Shown one piece after another: positions 17,854 to 25,607 of a stretch of 28,589 bases of DNA. The notes below the pieces were generated by a model. It ran no database searches and had not been told where the DNA came from. It worked only from the letters and a program-made list of their open reading frames with translations. The DNA is taken from positions 1 to 28,589 of the forward strand of contig JAZSIR010000018.1 in NCBI GenBank assembly GCA_045533905.1. Direction: 5' to 3'. Within the stretch, counting starts at the first letter, position 1. Each line of letters opens with the position of its first letter. The stretch comes from Clostridia bacterium (GTDB lineage Bacteria > Bacillota > Clostridia > UMGS1883 > UMGS1540). The translations under genes were made by a program, and so were the position numbers.

Positions 17854-18702
17854 TTATACGAGGCAAATGGCAATAAGTGCCGCAATACCGCCAATAAGGC
17901 CGACGAGCTGTCTCTTCGTCGGGATTTCCCGAAACAGTACAACGCACATAATCTGGCTCAGCACCATCGAGCTTCCGTTTACGAGCGGGAAAAAGAGCTG
18001 GCTCGGAATGATGCCCGAAAGCGTCAGATTGATATAGTGCATACAGAATGTGCACACCCCGCAGATGACCGCAAAGACGATGTTCTTCTTTGAAAAGTGG
18101 AGCGTGCTCACATCGCGGCGGACCTGCAGACGGTTATAAAAATAGGTGAAGGCAAAGGCGACCAACAAAAAGCCTGCCGCCTCAGTGCTGTGGGCCGAGG
18201 TCTGGTGCACCTTCTGCAAAACGCCGATAAGGCCACAGGTAACAAAAGAGAAAAGGGTGTACAAAAACCATTTACGGCTGTACTTTGCCTCGCCGCTCTC
18301 ATCGAGTGAGAGATAAATGAAGCCGAGTAAAACCAATACGGTAAGGAGCTTGCGGAGGCTGAAGGGCTCCCCGAAAAATATGCCCGAAAGCGTGGGGATA
18401 ATCATCGAGGCCGTTGTAATTAAAACGGTGACATTCATAGGTCCTTCCGAGAGGGCGCGCATCTTATAGATGCTTCCGAGCGCACTCATGAGCCCGAACA
18501 CGATGCCGAGAGCTGCAGTGAAAAGGGACATCGTGCCCTTGAGAAGCATCACGCCGAAAAACAGAACGCAGACGAATGCGATGACGGCATTGAAATAATA
18601 CACATCCTCCTTCGAGCGAATCTCCGTTTTGCTCACCCTGTTCAGAATATAGTTTTGCGACACGCTCGCAATCGTTGTAACTACAAGTGAAAAAACTAGC
18701 AC
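17854..18702 (-). CDS. EamA/DMT-family membrane transporter
   Basis: About 10 hydrophobic helices in two repeats (ALSEGP..V; FFGEP; LFRE.PT..QLVG). GTG start with AAGGGAG. Confidence 0.8.
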   Translation of the reverse strand: MLVFSLVVTTIASVSQNYILNRVSKTEIRSKEDVYYFNAVIAFVCVLFFGVMLLKGTMSLFTAALGIVFGLMSALGSIYKMRALSEGPMNVTVLITTASMIIPTLSGIFFGEPFSLRKLLTVLVLLGFIYLSLDESGEAKYSRKWFLYTLFSFVTCGLIGVLQKVHQTSAHSTEAAGFLLVAFAFTYFYNRLQVRRDVSTLHFSKKNIVFAVICGVCTFCMHYINLTLSGIIPSQLFFPLVNGSSMVLSQIMCVVLFREIPTKRQLVGLIGGIAALIAICLV

Positions 18703-18722
18703 ACCTATTCTCCCTTATCTTT

Positions 18723-19400
18723 TCAGTCTGTAAGTTTCGCAAGGATTCTTTCGGCAATCACGGCCATACCGAGGTCACCGGGGTGGTTGGCAACGCCGCG
18801 GTGCTCAAAAAGGCCGATTGCTTTCATTTCTTCCTTTTCGCCAAGGTCACACATTTCGATAAACGGATAGCCGTTTTCCTCTGCATATGCGCGGACGGCA
18901 TCATTCGCTGCATGATGCCAGAAGCCGTTTGTGATAATGCGGCGTGCCTTGCCCGTTTTGTCAAGATAGTCAAGAAGGGCGCCGTACTTCGCTTTGAATT
19001 CCTTCTCCTCAAAGTCGGCAATGGGGCAGTTTTCCACGAAGCGCGCAATGATGATATCCGCGCCAAACTCTCTGGCCGCGGCAAAAAGCGGAAATGCTTC
19101 TTCCCCGTTTTTATAGCGGAGCTCCCATTTGGAAACCTGGCAGATGCCGTACACCGCATTGGGATGCTTTTCCGAAAACGCCCGCATCACGAGATGGACA
19201 TAGTCCTTCTCCTTCGCGGAAGCCGCCATTCCCCACACATGCGGCCAGCCGATGTTTTCTGCGGCGCCGTGGAGCGTGATAGAGTTTCCTGCAAAAAGAA
19301 CGCGGATACCCTTCCCTTCCGGATTCATAAATTGTACAAACGCATCGTCGCGTAGCTGTTGTGCAGCGGAAACGGTGTTCTTTTTCAACTGTTCATACAT
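18723..19400 (-). CDS. SGNH/GDSL-type hydrolase (putative carbohydrate esterase)
   Basis: VLFAGNSITLH, WGMAAS...DYVH, VENC, HPGDLGM. RBS AAGGAG. Confidence 0.78.
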   Translation of the reverse strand: MYEQLKKNTVSAAQQLRDDAFVQFMNPEGKGIRVLFAGNSITLHGAAENIGWPHVWGMAASAKEKDYVHLVMRAFSEKHPNAVYGICQVSKWELRYKNGEEAFPLFAAAREFGADIIIARFVENCPIADFEEKEFKAKYGALLDYLDKTGKARRIITNGFWHHAANDAVRAYAEENGYPFIEMCDLGEKEEMKAIGLFEHRGVANHPGDLGMAVIAERILAKLTD

Positions 19401-19414
19401 AGCCTGCGCTCCTT

Positions 19415-20917
19415 TTATTCCAAAACGAAATCCTTTGTGTTTTTAACATCCGTAACGATATCCTCCGCCGTTACGGGAACGCCGTTTATGCGGATGCCGC
19501 TGATATTTATGTTATAGTACTCTACATCGTCAAACATCGAGTTTATGATGATAGAGGTGGGATACAGCCCGTCTCTTTTTTCGATTTTTTCATCGTAGTA
19601 TACATCAATGCCTCTGACAGTTACATCATGCACACATGCCTGGCGAATGCCTGTAAGGTCCAGCGGTGCATGCTCCTTAGGAATTTCAGAATAAAAATCG
19701 CCCCGCATACGATTGTTTTCAATGGAGACAAGGCGCGGCACAAATTTCTTGTCATAGGCGTCGTACACCTGATCCTCTCCTCTTTGGAGAACCGGCTGAT
19801 TATCGAAGGAATTATATTCCACGCGGATATCCTCATACAGAATATCGGAAACCTCGGCGCAGTCGCCGTTCTGGATATCGAGCGCCGTGTTGCCAGCACG
19901 TATAATATCACAGTTTCTGAAAACGATGTTTTTATATTCGCGGCAGGCTGTTTCAAGACCGATTTCGAGCGTTTTGCCCCAGTCGCACCAGAGAACGCAG
20001 TTTTCCGTCGTGATATTTTTGTTATCCGTTGCGATATAGCGGTCGATGCCCTTGATAGTCACGGCATCGTCAAAGGAATGGATAAACGAATTTTTCACGG
20101 TGATATTCTGGCTGTTTACAATGTCAACCCCGTCGGTGTTATACCTCCACTGGCCAAATACCTTGATGTTATCGAGCGTTACATCGAAGCAGTGGAAGAT
20201 GTTGATACACCAGATGGCGGAATTTTTGAAAAGGACGCCTTCAATGGAGATATTTTCGCAGTCATAGAACTTGACATTTCCGTTTGTAAAGTCTTCATAG
20301 CCGAAGCGGGAGAAGCGTTCCTCACCGCTGTCGTCAAATACGCCGTTGCCGAAAATGCGGATGTTTTTGGCATCCTCTGCATAGAGGCAACCGAAAACGA
20401 TTGCATCCCTATCCACATATACGCTTTCGTTATCAAAAAGCCGGATTTTGCCGGGCATATGTACACCGGGGCCGAAGTAATGGGTAACGGATGCCGGATC
20501 CGGGCATTCGATGGGCTTGGAATTGAAAATATAGAGGCAGTTATGCAGGTCCCCGATACCGAGAACAAACTGGCCCTCGCCTTCGAGTGTGAAGGCAACG
20601 CCGTCTGCCGTCTTTTCGCATTTTACACCTTTCGAGTACGGTCTTACAAAAGCTTCGCCCTCTTTTTCATTTTGGAAAACCACGCGAAGCGGCACGGCCT
20701 CGTCCGAAACAATATTCACATACGAGGCAAGCTCCGTCTGGTCCAGCTCGCGCTGATGTCCCGGCCATATTCTGTTAAAGGGAATTCTCGAAATGCGGCA
20801 GGTGTATACAGGGATTTCCTCCTCACCAATAAACACCTTATAGTCTTTTGAAAGTGCCTCCGTGTGCTTGAAGTAGGACTTTGTGTAATGGTGTGTAAAT
20901 CTCGAATATGTAATCAT
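19415..20917 (-). CDS. GH28-like right-handed beta-helix glycoside hydrolase
   Basis: HYFGPGVH, I.G.GV.D, NTDGVDIVNS.N.TV.NSFI.SFDD, repeated beta-helix strands. RBS GAGGTG. No signal peptide. Confidence 0.8.
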   Translation of the reverse strand: MITYSRFTHHYTKSYFKHTEALSKDYKVFIGEEEIPVYTCRISRIPFNRIWPGHQRELDQTELASYVNIVSDEAVPLRVVFQNEKEGEAFVRPYSKGVKCEKTADGVAFTLEGEGQFVLGIGDLHNCLYIFNSKPIECPDPASVTHYFGPGVHMPGKIRLFDNESVYVDRDAIVFGCLYAEDAKNIRIFGNGVFDDSGEERFSRFGYEDFTNGNVKFYDCENISIEGVLFKNSAIWCINIFHCFDVTLDNIKVFGQWRYNTDGVDIVNSQNITVKNSFIHSFDDAVTIKGIDRYIATDNKNITTENCVLWCDWGKTLEIGLETACREYKNIVFRNCDIIRAGNTALDIQNGDCAEVSDILYEDIRVEYNSFDNQPVLQRGEDQVYDAYDKKFVPRLVSIENNRMRGDFYSEIPKEHAPLDLTGIRQACVHDVTVRGIDVYYDEKIEKRDGLYPTSIIINSMFDDVEYYNINISGIRINGVPVTAEDIVTDVKNTKDFVLE

Positions 20918-21015
20918 AAAAACACCTCGCTTTTTTTCTTATTGTATATGAAGTTTCGATGTATGTAAATGGCAAAATTGAAGGGTTTTCTTGGTATATT
21001 TCATCAAATTTGTCC

Positions 21016-21044
21016 TTGCAAATTTATTATACATTAAGTATACT
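21016..21044 (+). promoter_or_regulatory. sigmaA-type promoter for the GH20 gene
   Basis: TTGCAA (21016-21021), 17 bp, TATACT (21039-21044). Confidence 0.7.
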
Positions 21045-21109
21045 AAATTTGATATAAAATGTGAAGACGCTTTCGGCGTTTCCGCAATTTTTAGTAAGGA
21101 GAATGTGAT

Positions 21110-22912
21110 ATGACACAGCAGCTTATCTTTGACCTTATGAACTTCACCTTTGACGGGAAAATTGAGAGAGTTCCCGCCGAGGGCGTTTCCGTTTCGTATG
21201 ACGGAAAAAATGCCGTGATCGGCGCCGACGGAGAGCACACCTTTGCCCGCGGCTGCTTCCTTCTGGCCTCCGAAATCAAAAAGGGCCGCGGCCCGTTTGA
21301 AATCCACCAGACAGCCTCTTTCAAGGATTGCGGCATTATGCTCGACGTTTCCCGAAACGGCGTTATGAAGGTGGAGGCCGTCAAGAAGTATCTTACTTAT
21401 ATGGCAGCACTCGGTATGAATCTCTTTATGCTGTACACCGAGGATACATACGAACTGAAAGAATATCCGTACTTCGGCTATCTGCGCGGCAGATATTCGG
21501 AAGAGGAGCTTCGTGAAATCGATGATTTTGCCTTCTCGCTCGGCATTGAGGTTGTGCCCTGTATCCAGACGCTCGGGCATATGGCTCAGTATCTGAAATA
21601 TGACGGCATTACCGGCGACATCCGCGATACGGCGGCCGTTCTTTGTGCCAACAATGAACCGACGTATGTTTTCATTGAGGAATGTATTAAAACGATGCGC
21701 CGCTGCTTCCGCTCGAACCGTATCCATATCGGCATGGACGAATCGCCCGAAATCGGCCGCGGCAAGTATATGCAGAAATACGGCTATCGTGACCGTCTTG
21801 AAATTCTTAAGGACCATCTCGCCGCGGTAATTGACATCTGCAAAAAATATGACTTTGCGCCGATGATGTGGAGCGACCTTTTCTATAATTTCTGCTCCCC
21901 CACCCACTCCTACCGCGATGTGGACACCGTGGTGCCGAAGGAAATGGTGCCGAAGGATGTAGACCTCGTTTTCTGGGATTACTACAGCATTGAAGAAGAC
22001 TTCTTCTGCAAAATGCTTCAAAACCACAAGGGCATTTGCGAAAATACCATCTTCGCGGGCGGCCTCTGGACCTGGTTCGGCTTCGTGCCGCGCACGGAAA
22101 TGGCATTCCGTAACACAATTCCCTCTCTCCGTGCTTCGATTCAGACGGGCGTTTCCACCGTGTTGGCCACGATGTGGGCAGATAACGGGTGCGAGATGAA
22201 TCACTTCCTCGCCCTGCCGCTTCTGCCGCTCTTCTCCGAGTTCTGTTACCGCGGCGAGGACTGCCCGATGGAAGATATCTATGATGTGGCGATGTCCCTC
22301 ACCGGCGTGGATCTTGACTTCCTCCTGATGCTTTCGAAGGCACACGGTATGCCCGTGGACAGACCGCACCGCACCTTCCTCAACGCCCTTTTATACGGCG
22401 ATGCCTTCTTTGCGCTTCCTGAACTTGGCGAAGAGGATGCCGCGTACCTCCCCGATGTGAACGCGGCGCTCGCCCGTGCCAGAGAGCTTTATGCCGCAGG
22501 TAATGAAGAGGAACGCAAGATGTACGAATACTATATCACGGTTCTCGAAATTTTAAGAGACAAGGCCGAGCTTCGCTTTAACCTCCGAAACCGCTATCTC
22601 GCAGGCGACAGAGCCTATCTTGAAAACGTCAAGGATTCACTTTTGCCCCGCGTTGTTGAGAATGTAAATAAGCTCCACCGCCTCTTCGAAGCGCAGTGGA
22701 AGGCCATCTACAAGCCCTTTGGCTATGAGGTTATGGTCGCCCGCTTCGGCAGCACCGTGTACCGTATGGAATATGCGATTGAAGTAATCTCCGACTATCT
22801 CGCCGGCAAGCGCGAAAAGATCGAAATGCTCGATGAGGAAGTTCTTCCCTACAAGGAAGCCGCCCTTATCCGCTTCTACAAGAACTGTATCACCGCAAGC
22901 GATATCATTTAG
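21110..22912 (+). CDS. GH20-family beta-N-acetylhexosaminidase
   Basis: GIMLDVSRNGV, LYTEDTY, PCIQTLGH, catalytic IHIGMDE, MWSD, TMWADNG. RBS AAGGAG. Confidence 0.88.
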   Translation: MTQQLIFDLMNFTFDGKIERVPAEGVSVSYDGKNAVIGADGEHTFARGCFLLASEIKKGRGPFEIHQTASFKDCGIMLDVSRNGVMKVEAVKKYLTYMAALGMNLFMLYTEDTYELKEYPYFGYLRGRYSEEELREIDDFAFSLGIEVVPCIQTLGHMAQYLKYDGITGDIRDTAAVLCANNEPTYVFIEECIKTMRRCFRSNRIHIGMDESPEIGRGKYMQKYGYRDRLEILKDHLAAVIDICKKYDFAPMMWSDLFYNFCSPTHSYRDVDTVVPKEMVPKDVDLVFWDYYSIEEDFFCKMLQNHKGICENTIFAGGLWTWFGFVPRTEMAFRNTIPSLRASIQTGVSTVLATMWADNGCEMNHFLALPLLPLFSEFCYRGEDCPMEDIYDVAMSLTGVDLDFLLMLSKAHGMPVDRPHRTFLNALLYGDAFFALPELGEEDAAYLPDVNAALARARELYAAGNEEERKMYEYYITVLEILRDKAELRFNLRNRYLAGDRAYLENVKDSLLPRVVENVNKLHRLFEAQWKAIYKPFGYEVMVARFGSTVYRMEYAIEVISDYLAGKREKIEMLDEEVLPYKEAALIRFYKNCITASDII

Positions 22913-22950
22913 GAACGGCAAAAAATGTCCGGATAAATCATCACGCTATT

Positions 22951-22986
22951 ATAAAAGCCCGAAACAAATTTGTTTCGGGCTTTTAT
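22951..22986. terminator. Perfect 36 bp palindrome, bidirectional terminator-like
   Basis: ATAAAAGCCCGAAACAAA-TTTGTTTCGGGCTTTTAT between convergent genes. Confidence 0.85.
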
Positions 22987-24087
22987 TTATTTGAATACTT
23001 TTTTGATAGCTTCCAGATAGCCGTAGCCGTTTACACTGTCGGGGAGAAGGTAGCTCGTTTCCGTCCATTCGTTCCAGCTGTTGACCGTGATGAGGCGAAC
23101 GCCTGTCTTATCCGCAAAATCCTTTGCCATACGAAGGGCCTTTTCGAAGTTTTCGGGGGTGTTGTTCTTCGTTACCGCCTCGCGGAAGCCGCGGAAACGC
23201 GGATTATTGTCCCAGCCGATGGAAACGTGCGGGAAATAGGGAATTTCATATTCTGCTGCAATCTTTTCCCATTCTGCCGCCACATCCTCGAGAATCTCCA
23301 GATAGTCACGGTTCATTTTTGCAAAGTGCACGAACTGATAATGGGTAAGCGAGGAGAAGCCGAGCTTATCTACAAGCTCACGGCCCGTTGCGGTGACGTT
23401 GCCGTCCACGCCCGTTACATTCTCGCTTCTGCCGTTCCAGCGGATAAACTGGAAATGCACGCCCGGAAGGCCCGCCTTTTTCGTTTCCTCCTCGAGCCAG
23501 CGCATAGCATCCGCCGCTTTTTCGACGCCGCCGAGTCCTGTGACGAAATTATGCATTTCGTAAATGCCGACGATGGGCTTTCCGTCAACCGTATAATAAT
23601 TTTCCTTCGTGAAATATTGCTCGATCCATCTTTTGCCGATGATTTCAAACTGTTCTCTTGACACGGCACCCTTCCAGACGGTTGTGTTGCTCGTGCCTGC
23701 AAGGCGGATATCCCAGGTGTAGTTTGCATCGTGGTTGGCCCACATAATGTAAAACTTCATCTTGTTGTTATTCGGTGCTTTAAGGAAGCCTTCATTCAGG
23801 CAATTTTCAAGAAATGGTCTCTCATCGTACCAGTACCAATCATAAATAAACACATTTACGCCGTGATCCACAGCCGCCTCAATCTGCATCTGCATTACGT
23901 ACGGGTCGGCTTCGTTCTGGTACCCCCAGAGCGGCTTTCTGTCCCACACATAGCCGTTTGCCTTCGGCGCCGCGTTCTTCACGGTCTGCCATTCGCCGAT
24001 GCCTTCCTCCCAGAAAATGCGGGTTCTCGGCTCATCGCCCGTGTACGCCGGCCAGATGTATGCCGCGATATCATATGTATTGGCCAT
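22987..24087 (-). CDS. GH99-like / WbsX-family glycoside hydrolase domain protein
   Basis: G.GEW..V, P.WGY, YDWYW, MWANH, GWDNNPR, NSWNEWTETSYLLP. RBS AAGGAG. Confidence 0.82.
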   Translation of the reverse strand: MANTYDIAAYIWPAYTGDEPRTRIFWEEGIGEWQTVKNAAPKANGYVWDRKPLWGYQNEADPYVMQMQIEAAVDHGVNVFIYDWYWYDERPFLENCLNEGFLKAPNNNKMKFYIMWANHDANYTWDIRLAGTSNTTVWKGAVSREQFEIIGKRWIEQYFTKENYYTVDGKPIVGIYEMHNFVTGLGGVEKAADAMRWLEEETKKAGLPGVHFQFIRWNGRSENVTGVDGNVTATGRELVDKLGFSSLTHYQFVHFAKMNRDYLEILEDVAAEWEKIAAEYEIPYFPHVSIGWDNNPRFRGFREAVTKNNTPENFEKALRMAKDFADKTGVRLITVNSWNEWTETSYLLPDSVNGYGYLEAIKKVFK

Positions 24088-24126
24088 TTTCTATCTCTCC
24101 TTTGGCTTTTTGCAAGTATTTTCTTT

Positions 24127-24234
24127 ATAGTATCACAATTTTTCCACTTATACAAGGACAATACGAAAGAATTTTGCAAATCTCGTTTCTAAAAGAAAGC
24201 CTAGCTTGCTTTTTGGCGGAAAATGTGGTATAGT
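24127..24234. promoter_or_regulatory. Divergent sigmaA-type promoters
   Basis: Minus strand TTGTAT (24155-24150), 17 bp, TACTAT (24132-24127). Plus strand TTGCTT (24206-24211), 17 bp, TATAGT (24229-24234) with TGG. Confidence 0.65.
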
Positions 24235-24256
24235 AAATCGTAAAGGAGGTATGGAA

Positions 24257-25555
24257 ATGAAACTCAATTTCCCCGGAATTTCCCAAACCGATTTTGCATA
24301 TGCTTTTGAATGTCTCGCTGTCTGCCAAAAGCCGGACGCGCGTGCCTTTGGCTTTGACCATCCGTATTTTATGCCGGGCGGCATGTACGGCGCGCAGTGG
24401 TGGCAGCTCGATTCTTCTCTCGCCCTCGGCGGCTACAAATGGAAGGACCGCGCCTTCTCCGAAACGGCGCTTCTGAATTTTATCGGCGCACAGAAGGAGG
24501 ACGGCCGTATTCCGCTGTGGGGCAAGGATTCCATTCCCGAAAAGGTTGCGGGTGGCGATATATTGCAGCAAACAGATGGCAATTCCTCCCTGCCGAAGCT
24601 TTTTGATATTGCCTACCACATTCTCCGCGGCACGACCGATACGGCCTTCAAAGCAGCTGTTTACGAAATGTTGGCAAAATACCTCAGTTGGTGGTTTTCT
24701 GCCCGTCAGGATGCAAAAACAGGGCTCATTACCGCCGTTTTTGAAGAAACCTTTATCCCCTACCTCGGCAAGGCCGGCGAATATGCGCCGGTGGATACAA
24801 ACGTAGAAATTTATGCCGCGTGCCACTATATGGAAGCGCTTTCCGAAGAACTCGGAAAACCCTCCGAAGCTGCAAGATACAAAGAACAGAAAAAGGCACT
24901 TCGGGAGAGCATCAACCGATGGCTCTGGTCTGAGGAGAAGGGTGCCTACTACCCCTACAGCATAAAAGAAGGAAGGCACACGGAGCTCCTTATGGCCTCC
25001 ACCTTCTTCCCGCTCCGCTTTGCCATTGCACCGAAAGACCGGCAGGAAAAGCTCATCGCACTTCTTACAAATCACGACCATTTCAACTGGAAGACATTCC
25101 CCCTCACCTCGGTGTCAAGGAAAGACCCCGCCTTCAGAACAACACGGGGCGCGTATGTGGGAAACGCGAGCTGGAGCGGAAACGTATGGACGCTTATTAA
25201 CGAAATGGTAATCCGCGGGCTTTGCGATGTGGGCGAAAAGGAGCTTGCGGCAGAGCTTTGTATCAAAACTGTTCGTGCCTTCAATCACAACTGCGCCGAG
25301 TTTATCCATCCCGAGGACGGCAGCGGCCACGGCGTTCTGCAGTATGCTTGGTCGGCCTCGCAGTATATTTCCCTCATCACGGAGGTTCTGTTCGGTATTT
25401 CCTATGACGCTGCGGCGGAGGAGCTTTCCGTTTCTCCGTGCCTGCCGGCGGAAATGAAAGAAAGTACGCTTTCCCTCTCGCACGTGGAAATTGCCCGCGG
25501 CGTATTTCTCGATGTGCATATTGAAGGTGACAAGGTTTCCTATACGGTTTCCTGA
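24257..25555 (+). CDS. (alpha/alpha)6-barrel glycoside hydrolase, MGH1/GH63/trehalase-like
   Basis: PGG.Y..QWWQLDS, Q..DG.IP, INRWLWSEEKGAYY, WSGNVW, AEF..PEDG.G.G...YAWSA. ATG 24257 is 7 nt after AAGGAGG. Confidence 0.75.
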   Translation: MKLNFPGISQTDFAYAFECLAVCQKPDARAFGFDHPYFMPGGMYGAQWWQLDSSLALGGYKWKDRAFSETALLNFIGAQKEDGRIPLWGKDSIPEKVAGGDILQQTDGNSSLPKLFDIAYHILRGTTDTAFKAAVYEMLAKYLSWWFSARQDAKTGLITAVFEETFIPYLGKAGEYAPVDTNVEIYAACHYMEALSEELGKPSEAARYKEQKKALRESINRWLWSEEKGAYYPYSIKEGRHTELLMASTFFPLRFAIAPKDRQEKLIALLTNHDHFNWKTFPLTSVSRKDPAFRTTRGAYVGNASWSGNVWTLINEMVIRGLCDVGEKELAAELCIKTVRAFNHNCAEFIHPEDGSGHGVLQYAWSASQYISLITEVLFGISYDAAAEELSVSPCLPAEMKESTLSLSHVEIARGVFLDVHIEGDKVSYTVS

Positions 25556-25567
25556 TACTTCCCAAAC

Positions 25568-25600
25568 AAAAAGAGCTGCGCAAATTGCGCAGCTCTTTTT
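25568..25600. terminator. Bidirectional terminator-like palindrome
   Basis: AAAAAGAGCTGCGCAA-A-TTGCGCAGCTCTTTTT. Confidence 0.85.
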
Positions 25601-25607
25601 ATAGTTG

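Noticed and set aside
17825-18055. N-terminal half of ORF 17552..18055
   Set aside because: It overlaps the EamA gene in another frame. Only the part from ~17818 shows homology and an RBS.
19628-25081. ORFs 19628..20851 (+), 20939..22369 (-), 24125..25081 (-)
   Set aside because: Antisense shadows of the GH28-like, GH20 and GH63-like genes.
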